DNA of 64,000 nucleotides from NCBI RefSeq assembly GCF_902459465.1, contig NC_047066.1, positions 8,122,001 through 8,186,000 of the forward strand, in the 5' to 3' direction. How positions within the stretch are numbered: position 1 is the stretch's first letter; every line of letters starts with the position of its first letter. The translations under genes were made by a program, and so were the position numbers. Shown piece by piece: positions 39,130 through 51,628 of this stretch. Under the pieces are notes generated by a model, which saw nothing but the letters and a program-made list of their open reading frames with translations, had not been told where the DNA came from and did not search any database. This DNA comes from Asterias rubens. Taxonomy: Eukaryota.

Positions 39130-40580
39130 CATTTTCACCTTTGTCCTCCTACTGTCTGACCTTTCAATGTGATTCACTGTGGTTTTGAATGATAGACTAA
39201 AAAAGTCAGCTTGCAATAATATGGTGGGGGTGAATAATGCATCTACACCACAGCACACAGTCAACCCTCCTACTGTCTGACCATTTAATGTGATTCACTG
39301 TGGTTTTGAATGATAGACTAAAAAAGTCAGCTTGCAATGATATGGTGGGGGTGAATAAGGCATCTACACCACAGCACACAGTCAACCCTCCTACTGTCTG
39401 ACCATTTAATGTGATTCACTGTGGTTTTGAATGATATACTGAAAAAGTCAGCTTGCAATGATATGGTGGGGTGAATAATGCATCTACACCACAGCACACA
39501 GTCAACCCTCCTACTGTCTGACCATTTAATGTGATTCACTGTGGTTTTGAATGATAGACTAAAAAAGTCAGCTTGCAATGATATGGTGGGGGTGAATAAT
39601 GCATCTACACCACAGCACACAGTCAACCCTCCTACTGTCTGACCATTTAATGTGATTCACTGTGGTTTTGAATGATAGACTAAAAAAGTCAGCTTGCAAT
39701 GATATGGTGGGGGTGAATAAGGCATCTACACCACAGCACACAGTCAACCCTCCTACTGTCTGACCATTTAATGTGATTCACTGTGGTTTTGAATGATATA
39801 CTGAAAAAGTCAGCTTGCAATGATATGGTGGGGTGAATAATGCATCTACACCACAGCACACAGTCAACCCTCCTACTGTCTGACCATTTAATGTGATTCA
39901 CTGTGGTTTTGAATGATAGACTAAAAAAGGCAGCTTGCAATGATATGGTGGGGGTGAATAATGCATCTACACCACAGCACACAGTCAACCCTCCTACTGT
40001 CTGACCATTTAATGTGATTCACTGTGGTTTTGAATGATAGACTAAAAAAGTCAGCTTGCAATGATATGGTGGGGTGAATAATACATCTACACCACAGCAC
40101 ACAGTCAACCCTCCTACTGTCTAACCATTCAATGTGATTCACTGTGGTTTTGAATGATAGACTTAGTCAGCTTGCAATGATATGGGGGTGGGGGGTAAAT
40201 AATGCATCTACACCACAGCACACAGTCAACCCTCCTACTGTCTGACTATTCAACATGTGGTTTTTGAAGGGTAAACTATGTCAGCTTGTAATGATATGGT
40301 GTGGTGAATACATCGACACAGTACACAGTCAACCCTCCTACTCTCTGACCGTTCAATATATTTCACTGTGTTTTTGAATGATAAATTATGTCAGCTTGCA
40401 ATGATATGGTGTTGTGAATGCATTACACAGTGCACAGTCAACCCTCCTACTGTCTTGCCATTATATATGACTCTCTGTTGTTTTGAATGATGAACTATGT
40501 CAGCCTGCAATACGATATGGTTTGGCAGGTGAATGTATCCACTCAGTACACAGTCGACCCTCCTACTGTCTGACCATAAC
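39130..40580. repeat. ~121-bp satellite array, ~12 units, homogeneous core with diverged edges
   Basis: cacagtcaaccctcctactgtctgaccatttaatgtgattcactgtggttttgaatgat recurs every 120-121 bp. Confidence 0.97.
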
Positions 40581-40672
40581 ATTAGACCTGATAATCATCT
40601 CTCGACTACATTAACAAAACAAAGTGCCAATTTCGCAGAGCTACAATTTATTTTCACGGAATAACCCATTAG

Positions 40673-42432
40673 ACAATAATTGCTTGAAATCATTGATATG
40701 GCAAACATGGTTGAATCATAATATGCTTATTAACATGGTAATTTTTCTCTTTTCATCTCTCTCTCTCTCTTTATACCCTTGCTTCCCCGACCCTTTTGCT
40801 AAATTTTATTTGATTAATTTTTGTTTTACGCTGCACTTGTTCCCCCACGTTTGATTAACTTTGTGATCTTTCTCAATACACTTTGATTGTTTACTTGTTC
40901 ACTTATCCATCGTGACACATTTGATGCTGTGTTGTTGTGTTATTAATCAACCCATCTGCTGCCCCCACCCCTTGCTGCCAATCATCTGTTCTGAATACCC
41001 TCTCCATCTCGCCCCTCCCCTTCTAAATGCACTTCTGTTTCTCCTTTATTTCCCCCATGTGTGTTATCTCCTTACAAATTTACCTTCACCTTCTACCCCT
41101 TTTACTGTGATCATCTTTTCCTTCCATTTCATGGCCTCTCACATCCTCCTATTGTGTTTTTCCTCCTCTTTGTTTATGCTCCTCCTATTTGTTTTGTGCT
41201 CCTCCCCTTTATATTTATGCTCCTCCTCTTTGTGTGTATGTTCCTTCCTCTTTGTTTATGCTCCTCCTCTTTGTGTGTATGTTCCTCCCTGTGTTTATGC
41301 TCCTCCTCTTTGTGTGTATGTTCCTCCCTCTGTGTTTGTGCTCCTCCTATTTGTGTGTATGTTCCTTCCTCTTTGTTTATGCTCCTCCTCTTTGTGTGTA
41401 TGTTCCTTCCTCTTTGTTTATGCTCCTCCTCTTTGTGTGTATGTTCCTTCCTCTTTGTTTATGCTCCTCCTATTTGTTTTATGCTCCTCCCCTTTATATT
41501 TATGCTCCTCTTTGTGTGTATGTTCCTCCCTGTGTTTATGCTCCTCCTATTTGTGTGTATGTTCCTACCTCTGTGTTTATGCTCCTCCTCTTTGTGTGTA
41601 TGTTCCTCCCTGTGTTTATGCTCCTCCTATTTGTGTGTATGTTCCTACCTCTGTGTTTATGCTCCTCCTCTTTGTGTGTATGTTCCTTCCTCTTTGTTTA
41701 TGCTCCTCCTCTTTGTGTGTATGTTCCTCCCTCTGTGTTTATGCTCCTCCTCTTTGTGTGTATGTTCCTCCCTATGTGTTTATGCTCCTCCTCTTTGTGT
41801 GTATGTTCCTCCCTATGTGTTTATGCTCCTCCTCTTTGTGTGTATGTTCCTCCCTATGTGTTTATGCTCCTCTGTGTGTGTATGTTCCTCCCTGTGTTTA
41901 TGCTCCTCCTCTGTGTGTATGTTCATCCCTCTTTGTTTATGCTCCTCCTATTTGTTTTATGCTCCTCCCCTTTATATTTATGCTCCTCCTCTTTGTGTGT
42001 ATGTTCCTCCCTATGTGTTTATGCTCCTCCTCTGTGTGTGTATGTTCCTCCCTATGTGTTTATGCTCCTCCTCTTTGTGTGTATGTTCCTCCCTATGTGT
42101 TTATGCTACTCCTCTTTGTGTGTTTGTTCCTCCCTATGTGTTCATGCTCCTCTTTGTGTGTATGTTCCTCCCTATGTGTTTATGCTCCTCCTCTTTGTGT
42201 GTATGTTCCTCCCTCTGTGTTTATGCTCCTCCTATTTGTTTTATGCTCCTCTTTATTGTCAACCTTTCTGTTACTTCCCACTCCTATGTTCATTTATACC
42301 CTTTATAACCCACCTCTCCCACACATGCTCCTCCCACTTGCTGTGCACCACCCCCTCACATTGCACCTCCTGCATTCCTCCTCCTGCACTCCTCCTCCTG
42401 CACTCACTCACCCCTCTTGCATTCATCGCTAC
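40673..42432 (+). promoter_or_regulatory. AG-exclusion zone / extended polypyrimidine tract before exon 10a; candidate distant branch point TTAAC (A at 40733)
   Basis: No AG dinucleotide seen between AG 40671-72 and acceptor AG 42433-34; strong Y-tract at 40742-40790. Confidence 0.7.
41150..42250. repeat. ~41-bp pyrimidine/TG-rich minisatellite (two ~20-bp subunits)
   Basis: atgctcctcctctttgtgtgtatgttcctccctctgtgttt repeated ~27 times with variants. Confidence 0.97.
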
Positions 42433-42434
42433 AG

Positions 42435-42518
42435 AAAAAGATATGTATCATGGTGTGCTGTGGGGTCCTGTTGACGGTGTTGGTCATAGTCATAATCACG
42501 ACAGTGGCCCCGTCGTGA
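42435..42518 (+). CDS. STX1A: Alternative terminal TM exon 10a: KKICIMVCCGVLLTVLVIVIITTVAPS*
   Basis: ctacag|AAA AAG ATA TGT...TGA; phase 0; restores KARRKK and the CC pair aligned with human C271/C272; not in the ORF track. Confidence 0.88.
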   Translation, partial: KKICIMVCCGVLLTVLVIVIITTVAPS

Positions 42519-45500
42519 TACCACTTCCTACCACACGTGGGCGCTTTCCATCTTACCACTTCTCTTATAATTCCATCTTGTCCGGACCAAAACATCTACA
42601 CCGCTCGAAAAAAAAAAACTAAAATCGTCTCATACTGGAACGGTCGGCTGGCTTGTACGTGGCTTACCACAGTGTGCTCCAAGAGAGGCGATTATTCAAT
42701 TATTTTGAAGGGGGAAACAAAGAACCCTTGAATGTATTAAGGGTTGTTGTTGAAGTGTGGGATTGTAGACTTGGGAAAAGAAAATGTCATTCAGTAAAGG
42801 ATGAAAGTTGTGTAAGATAAATCGATATAAGAATTTTGTTTCTGTTTTTCTTTTTTAGTTGGGTTAATCAGTTTATATAGAATAGTACAGATTGTGAATA
42901 TAATGTGGATTCGGGGGTGTTTTTTTTCTCTCTCTCGAAAGTTTCAAGTATAGACAGAGGAACTTTATTAGATTGCAGGTTTGAGGAACGGAAAAACAAA
43001 AAAGAATGGATCTCGAGGATGAAGTATGAGGATCTGAATTGTGCATTTTTTGTGCAGTGTTGGTTTGTACCATAGGACTAGAATCTCTAACAGAGTAAGA
43101 CCTCCCTTGTCAATGTTGCTGCATCCATGTAAAACCTAAAACTAAAGCCGCCACGTGCTGAACGCACGCTGTCTTTTGAAAGCTAGCAGAAGAGTATATA
43201 TATTCACGCTAGTAAGTGTGGGGAGTGGCATGAAGGCATAACACACAAATACAAACATTTCATCAAGACGCTTGTATCGTTTAGCAGATGAAGGGTTTTT
43301 CAATGGTTTTTTTAGGTTGGCGTTTGTAGAGACAGCTTTACCCTCAAAAAGGAAAACTCATGTAACAGATTTATTGGTTGCGTTCCTGTAAATTTGTTGT
43401 CAGTTAAGTTTGAACAAATTGAACGACAAATTTGAACACTACTAGATTGTATCAGAAGACAAGACTGCTTTGCAGGACGGCAATGAGTTTTTGGCCCGTG
43501 ACACTCTCAAATAGCAGTTTTATTTACCATTTCTCCGAATCAGAACAGCAGAGTTCATAAGATGAATACCAAATACCTTGGTGGTGTCTTCTTGTTGCTA
43601 GAGACTCTTTTTCTATGGTGTATGTACCCTATGTGTTCAGTGCATTTAAGGACCCGTGACAGTCAGTTTTCATGATGAGTTTTCATGACGATTCTGCAGC
43701 CCCATACATTTTTCTCAAACCAGGAGGTTTTTTCCCGCTTTGATCCCCCTTCCCAGAATCCATCAACGCACTGTTCAATAGACCCCGCCAACACTGCACA
43801 ATAGCAGCAAAATAGCTATTTATAAAAACAGAAATAAAATATATTATACCATTAATAATAGTACAAAAGATATAGTGAGGAGCATCAAAGTGTAACTGTA
43901 TAATATTTAAAACAAAACTACTATCAATTCGAGTATCATTCCATTGGTGTGTGAAGCTTCAACTTGTAGGAGTTTTTTGATTAGGTGAGAAATAACTCCC
44001 GATTTCGGGAGGAACTATATCAGTTTTTAATAGTAGCAGTCTATGTTGTTAAGTATACTCTAAGTTGACTATCCTGTTGTTGAGGTTTGTGACATTTCTA
44101 TTGATAAAAATAATAATAGCGTGTGTTTGTGCGACCATTTTGTAAGTTGACAAAACTGCACCGTGTAGCGTTCAATAAACACAAGTTATATACAACGGGC
44201 GTACAGAATGGGGCACGCTTGTCTCCTTGCAGTCCTGTCACGTTTGTGCAAGAAGCATCACCAGTGCGCCTTCTAGTTCTTATATATAACTCTATGAGTT
44301 CAAGTATTCTCGAATTGTTGGGGAAGTGAGCATGAACAAGTGCGTTTTTAGTTTATGCTGGAAAAGAGTGATGCTGTGCAATTGCCTGTATAGCTCCTGT
44401 AAATGGCCAACTGTTCTAAGTTTCAACAACGAGTCTTGCATATTAGCCCCTAATTATAGCAAAAACAATCAGGCCAGGAATTTCATCTTTGAGAGGGCAA
44501 GGCCATTTTCGTTTTGCAAAGGGCACTTCCATCGGAAAATCTTAAAGTCTATGGAACACTTTTGATAGGAGAGGAAGGCCAAGCCCAGGTGCAACAGAAA
44601 GTAGTACGTCTATGTCTCAAATTCTTTCCCGTGTCAGTGTTTGGATTTTGGACTTCCTTTGAGCAGTTGAGCTATCACGCTTGATTGGTTTAGTCCAGTT
44701 ATGGTAGGTTCCAAGCGCAGACTCTGCGACACTAGGTGGCAGCAGACATACTGGGCAAGTTTGGGTTACTGACGTAGATCTGGACAGCACCATAGATTTA
44801 CCCAGTTTTCTTAAAACCCAACCATTTTACGCCAACATTTTGTGGGAGTGCAGGTATGGCTGTAGCACTTTCCTTTTAACAGGATAGTCAACTCTAGAGT
44901 GTCTTCTTTTTTTCCTTCTTCTTTCTACCAGTGAATTCTTAGAATTATTGTTATTTTTTTATATTGGCATAATTTTAATGTTGGAATTGTTAAACATATT
45001 TTAGAAAGGTATCCTTTCTGTTTTTTGTGTATTTCGGCTTCAGATTTGTATGATATCAAAAGTAAGTGTTGGTTTACTGAATTATGACGACTGTAATTAG
45101 TAAATATAGTTGTAATATTTACTACATTCTAAGTAACTTAAAAAACAAAACTAACATTATGTTAGTGCAACCTATATACTCAAAATATTTGTAGTCATGA
45201 GATAACCACTGTAAATCTATCTATATAGCTGATATTTAGAGCGCGATAAAAACTATTACATTCGTTGTCCTCTTTATGCAATTTTTCGGGACAATTATTT
45301 TTTTGTCAGTGAAATGTCAGTAAGATGTAAAGGTTTTTTTTTTAAATCAAGAATGGCTCTTTTTCTTCGCTTCATATGTGTGCAATCAAAATGGGCTTCT
45401 TTTATGTTTTGTCGCAGTTGTTTTAATAAAAATTATTTGAAGTGTTTAATGGTTATGTTGCAGGGGACTTTGTACGCACGTGCAAGCGCCAAGTACGCAT

Positions 45501-45552
45501 GTGTCAAAATGCAAGTATTCTGATGACAGGGTTTCATTTCATATAAATCATG

Positions 45553-45982
45553 TTATAACACCCCTTACAAATATTCTGCCTTTTCATTGGTTTAGGGCGC
45601 GTCACATGATACGTCTTAGTTTTACTAGAAACGGCGGCCGTGTGATAGTGCATTGTTTGCCGTGTGATAGTCCGATGACTATCACAAGGCGAGCAGTACC
45701 CAGACATCTTTTTACCCACCTCAAACCCAATCAGTTGTACATTTGTGTATCTGAAATGCGTGTACGAACGTTACCTGTACGAGGATGATAAATAGTATGT
45801 TGGGGTGTTATAAAACAAATATTGACTGCTTTAACTCGTGCTATGGTTGAAACTCTGATTCCCTCGGTGATCCTCAGACTGTTCCATTTTCCCTCGGCTG
45901 CTCCTCGGGAAAATAGAACGCTCCGGGGATCACATCGGGAGTCATAGTTTTAACCATAGCACTCGAAGCAGTCAATATTTGT
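45553..45982. mobile_element. Bipartite element: short-IR-bounded segment (45553-45813) plus a 168-bp hairpin (45815-45982)
   Basis: ttataacacccc/ggggtgttataa IR; acaaatattgactgc.../...gcagtcaatatttgt hairpin arms. Confidence 0.65.
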
Positions 45983-47366
45983 ATATTATTACACGGTCAC
46001 GATAACTTTTTACAAATCGACATGTCACAAATCAAAGAAGAATGAGAAGGGATCAATTACTCTATGACTTATTCTCTGATTTGCGGGCTACCATATTTTA
46101 GGGTGCCCATGGAGTGGATCTACCACAGGTCATATTAAATTGTGCCGTTTATTTGTATATTAAAATTACCCAATTCTGGGGTTTATGAGCTGTCACGGTA
46201 TGCTGGGGGAAAATTTGCGTGATTGATCACCCTTGTGAACGAGGTTGGCGCACACACACGCTCAGAATAAAGTGAACAAAGGTTACCCGGTTTGTACGCT
46301 GCCATGTTGCATTCCAAATCTTTTAGTACTCAAATGTTTGCATGCTCTATGAAATAATCAACGGTACAGATTTTTTTTTTTTTTTTGCAAGTCGCCTGAC
46401 ACACAAGGCCTGAAGGCCACTTCAAGGTGTGGGCTACAATTTTTTTTTCCAGAGGATGTTGCCACCTACTCCTAGGGCTTTTACAGTCCATACAGATGTA
46501 GGCTTGGGTATGCTTCTTGAGAAGTCTTACTTACATCTTTTTTTAAAGCTGCCATAACTTATGAAGTACTGGTACAAACGTTAAATGATTGGGGTTTTTT
46601 CTAAAGGGAATCGATAACATCTGGTTTCCACTTAATATAAATAGTTGTTTTTTGCTTAAGAGTCACCAGCTAAAAAGTTGGGGGAAAGTTCCAATCATAT
46701 GGACGAATGATTACATTTACAGTTCTTTCAAGATCCTCCATAAAGTTGTTGCGGTTTCGACATCAAAACCCTTTTTTGTGCGGCTAGTTGTGATGTAACA
46801 TCACAGGTTTGTTTTATGATGTATTAAACTTATGGATTTGAGTAAACCTCAGCTGCCAAAAAAGGGTGGTGGCGGATTCTTCCTTTAAGACTTTGGTGAA
46901 AACGTTCTTGTGCAGTCGTATACCTTTTACTTGGAATAGAGGCAAATAATACGCTATCCAATGCCAAGTAATTGAATAAAGATAATATAAACTGACTGTT
47001 ATTTCTGATAAAAGGATAGATTTTTGTTTCATCAACGTATTGAGAAAGACTTGTTTAGTATAGAGAGAAAAAGGTTTGCTTGGTGTGGTTGAATTTTAAG
47101 GCACGATGCAACGTTGTTGCAGGAATAAAACAAAAGAAAGTTTTTAGAACCTTCATCGTTTAAACTTTAGCAGTTGGCATTTGGCTGTATCCATGGTGCA
47201 TCCTTTAGCCTTTTTTAACAAGAATATGTGTGCGTGGTGAGTTGAAACAAAGCGAACCAAAAACATTTCTTAATAGTGGAAAAAGAAAACTTGATATTGT
47301 AAATCCACTGTTCACTTTCCGAGTAGGCTTTATCCCTAGAGCTTGGAGACACTCCTGTAAGATTAA

Positions 47367-47490
47367 GGCTGTGCCCAAGATGGCAGCTATGGCTACGGCT
47401 AGATTTCTGCGTCGTCATGCGTTAAAGTATGGGACAACACACTTGGCAACAGTCGTAGCCGTAGCTGTAGCCGCCTATTCTGATGCGGCC
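47367..47490. mobile_element. Small Harbinger-like MITE (relative at 62792-63016)
   Basis: ggctgtgcccaagatggcagctatggctacggct / agccgtagctgtagccgcc...gcggcc; TAA/TCA flanks. Confidence 0.6.
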
Positions 47491-50313
47491 TCAGTAAGAA
47501 TCAGATTTGTATTTTTAAACCTTTTAAGGGGTAAATGTCCACCCTTAAATTCTTGTAGTTGCAATGTTACTTGATGGACACAGCTTAACTTGGCATTTAG
47601 TGCTTTACGACACCCCTACCCTATCGAATCAGGGCGGTATTTGAAAGAGCCGTTAAGCAGAGATCATTGCTTTGAACAGAATCAGTGAACCAGTTGCAAG
47701 TGATATACATAGAACATTAACATTTGGCTGGTAATCTGTTTCTGTTTAGTGAGATTGTTTAGTCAAATACATGAAAATGATGTCCCAATTTCATGGCTTG
47801 CTTAGCGCGCACTCACTTCGCTCACTCACTTCGCAGACTCACTTCTGTCAGAGGCTACCTGGAAGCATTGAATGCTATGATGAGCGGTAAGCGCAGAATC
47901 TCGCAGCAAGCGCAGAATTCCGCGATAAGCACACTATCAGGGATAAGTTTCTGACCTGAATTTCAAAGAGTGTTTAGCGCGCAAATCTATGAAGCACAGG
48001 GTAACCAAAATGCTATGTAAGTTGTCTGTGGTTGGTTCCCTGCTTAGCGAATCTCTTCAGCAATATTCTCTGCTAAGCGGCCCCATCAAGTTTGGCCCCG
48101 AGGGTGTGCTTTATCATCATAGAATAAATTGTAACAAATGGAGGTTTATTCAGTGTTTTAAGAGCGGAGAATGTTTTTTATCCTAGCATGGTTGCATGAT
48201 GAGTTAAACACATGTACATGTATATATTATTCGATAAACAGATAAATGTTAATATACAGTAATCATTAATATTTATATATATTCAACCTTTTTACATACT
48301 AGATGTTACCGCAGTTACGTTTTGAATTTCTAGTCAATTTAGAGAGAGATCTGAAGTTTAACTTAGGCTCATTTTTAAATATAGTACAAAATACTGGTAC
48401 ATTGTATATCTTGTAATAATTTAAGAACAAATTTTCCTCTACTGTTAATTTTTTTGCCATGAAACTGTCATCATATTAATCTGTTGATGAAGAAAAATTA
48501 GATTTGTAGATTTTGGTTTTTGTTTTAAAATAGTCTTTTTTATCATACGCAGTTTTCTGACTCTCTCCTTGTATGTTTTTACAAGGTTGTGTGATTATCT
48601 TTTTTTTCATCTGTGTCATCTTTCATTCTTTTTTCGTTCGTCTTTTTTTCCTCTTTTTTTTTTTTTAATTATGCAATTATTTTAAATTTTTGTTTAGTAC
48701 TTATTTGGAGAGAAATGAAGATGATGGATGGAACTTGGGTTTAAACTTAAAAATTAAAATTTTTTTTTTTAAAGATTTTGTCAAGAGAAAAAAATCAAGA
48801 TATGCATGTACGACATTCAGTTTGAGCTACAAAGCGTACATTTGCTAACACTCCTTAAAGAGGAAATTAAACAAGATTGAGCATTTGATTATTTAAAAAA
48901 CATTATTTGGGGTTTTTAAATAAAAAAATTACTTAGGTAACTGAATAACCAACTGAGGGTGCTGTTTGCAATCATGCGTATAAATTGAACACTGCGTATA
49001 CGCTGAGTGAATTCATGCGGGCGGCCACATCGGCTGTGTGACCGTCGCTTCTATCCCTTCATGTAAAAGATCTAAGCTAACTGGTGATCAACCATTGAAG
49101 AAGGAAAAACAAAAGACACAAACAAAAGAAACAAACTAAATCTTATACAAACTAAACTAAAGCAATTCCAATCTTGATTCTACATTTTTGTAAGGGCGTG
49201 GTCAACCTCGTCCCCATTGTTTACTTTATTTTCAACCATGTTTACAATAGTAAACCCTGGGATGGAAACTCCTTACTTGGACCCTGATTGGACAAGGACT
49301 TTACAATATTAGAATATGTTCCATATTCATAGGTACAGCCAGCCACCGGCAACCGACAATGTACAAACAAGCTATGAAATCTGGTACCGTACTACGAGAT
49401 TATGACGAAGATGTGAATTTTAAAAAGTAGCCAGACTATTTTAATTTGCATGCGTATCCAAAAATTTTGGATATGCAAATGATCCAATACCAGGGTGAGA
49501 GAGCGGTCAACCTTGTAACCGCTTGACCAACACTGCGCTCGACACACCCTTGGGACGAGGTTGGGGCGTGGTGGTTTTTTTTCTCAGTATTAAAAGGGCA
49601 CCTCTGTGAGGTAAGATGTACTAGAACATTTCAAGGGGCACCAAGGCAATGGCCAGGGGGCATGGAGGCAACCGCCTCCATTGCCACTGTGTACCAGGTC
49701 TGCTTCCAGTTGTTAACGAGAAAGTATTATCATTGAACTCTTTTATATTCTTCTCTTTTTATTTTGAGTTTATTGTCCCGTATTGAAGACATACATTTTC
49801 TTTTAGAAGTTTTCTTACTGGCTAATCTGTATCTTACATTGAGTTTTAGTATCCTTATTGTCGCCTTACTTTGCAGCCCGTTTTTTTTTTTAAGACTGTT
49901 TGATTCTTTTGACAGATTTTTAAAAAGTTTTGTTTTCCCATATTTGTTTCTCTTTCTCTGGGTTATTAATATTCATGAATAACTTAGTCAATATTACTGT
50001 ATAGTATTTGTATATTGGCGCAAAACTTTACCATAGTTTAGTGAGAAACAAACTCATTAAATAATCTAATTTAAAAAAAATCTTCTTGTAAAGTAGAAAC
50101 TAGATTGAAAAAAAAAAAACATTATTGACAGATTTGCGCAGTCAGTTCCCAGAGTATGTAGCTGTATTTGTGGAACAATTTCTCTGAAATAAAAAATAAA
50201 AGTACTGTACTTAAATCCATTTCAGTTGTTGTGTTACTACATCATTAAAATGTATTTCAATTAATATCGTCATGTTTAATGCCTTATTGATTTATATTTT
50301 TGCTTTTATTCAT

Positions 50314-50892
50314 AAACAAAATTGTCACACGAAGCTGTGTGCTTTCAGATGCTTGATTTCGAGACCTCAAAATCTAATTCTGAGGTCTCAAAGTCAAATT
50401 TTTGGAAAACTACTTCTCTCTCGAAAACTACGTCTTTTCAGGTGGAGCCGTTTCCCACAATGTTTTCTACTATCAACCTCTCCCCATTAATCGTTACCAA
50501 GGCTACTAATTATATTGAGTAATTACCAATAGTGTCCACTGTCTTTAAAGCCATTGGACCCTTTCGGTACAGAAAAAAACAAAAAAAGTTCACAGATTTA
50601 CAAATAATTTACAGGATTTACAAAGGTAATATTAGTCCATGAAATGCTTTACTTTTTGAGAAAACGGTAAAACAATATAAATTCTCGTTAGCGAGAATTA
50701 CGGATTTAATTTAAACACGTGTCATGACACAGCGAAACGCGCGGAAACAAGAGTGGGTTTTCCCGTTATTTTCTCTTGACTCCGATGACCGATTGAGCCT
50801 AAATTTTCACAGGTTTGTTGTTTTATATATAAGTTGTAATACACGAAGTGTGGGACTTGGACAACACTGTTTACCGAAAGGGTCCAATGGCT
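50314..50892. mobile_element. Family A right half (to 50544) abutting a full family B MITE (50549-50892) across one shared TTAA
   Basis: gtccactgtct|TTAA|agccattggaccctttcgg...ccgaaagggtccaatggct|TTAA. Confidence 0.85.
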
Positions 50893-51428
50893 TTAAGGAA
50901 GGGGGTTGCATGATTGACACTGCATGTTGATGTTACGCTCTGAATGTGACACTGGGTTAGTTTGGTTTTGTCAGAGTTTTTCAAGGTGGTTGAGGTCATT
51001 CACACAGAGAACACTGAAAGATTCCCTTCACACAAAAGTTTGTTATGTTTTTATCAATGATGTTCTTCTGTGTGCATGAATGTAATAATGTTCATTTACT
51101 ATTATGTATTTGTTTTAATTGTGTTTTTCCAGCTTTTATTCTAGTGTAGAAACATTAAGAAACACTTTGTTATATATCCCTGCTGCCCCCACACCCCAAT
51201 CTTACCCTTTGTATGACCATGAAAATGTTTACAACTTTTGACAGCCTTTTGTACGGTTAGCTTTGTGAGTATGAACTCTCCATTCTCTTTGTGAAACATA
51301 AGAGGGCGCTATACACTTCTCTTCAGAGCTGCTTTGTACCTAATTTTCAATCTTGTTGAATTATTTTATCTCTGTGGATTTCTTTTGATCTGTTTTGTTG
51401 AGAAGTTAAACAGAATCAGCACAACCAG

Positions 51429-51626
51429 TTTTTGTTTTTTTTTGTTTTTTTTAATTCATCATTTGAACTGATAAATCATATTGCTACACTAACACTGCTA
51501 TGCTTTTTCCACATACTGTGAAATTGTTCACCAACATATTCTTACTAAAAAAAAATAACCATGTTGTTTCCCGTTTTGTTGTTGTAATTGTTTGCTTTGC
51601 TTGTCTCCATTTTTCTTTGTTCCTGC
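51429..51626 (+). promoter_or_regulatory. 198-nt AG-exclusion zone before exon 10b; candidate branch point CTAAC (A at 51492)
   Basis: Last upstream AG at 51427-28; TACACTAAC at 51485-51493. Confidence 0.65.
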
Positions 51627-51628
51627 AG

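Noticed and set aside
39327-40582. Repeated 63-99-aa minus-strand ORFs and a CRISPR-like periodicity
   Set aside because: Satellite monomers with no unique spacers, in a eukaryotic intron.
40912-42622. Three overlapping 415-520-aa ORFs
   Set aside because: Artefact of a stop-free minisatellite: all three frames are open, giving low-complexity repeats with no domain.
43544-43675. Phase-0 acceptor plus a 43-aa frame (NSRVHKMNTKYLGGVFLLLETLFLWC...)
   Set aside because: No similarity to the TM exons, and the hydrophobic patch is broken by Glu.
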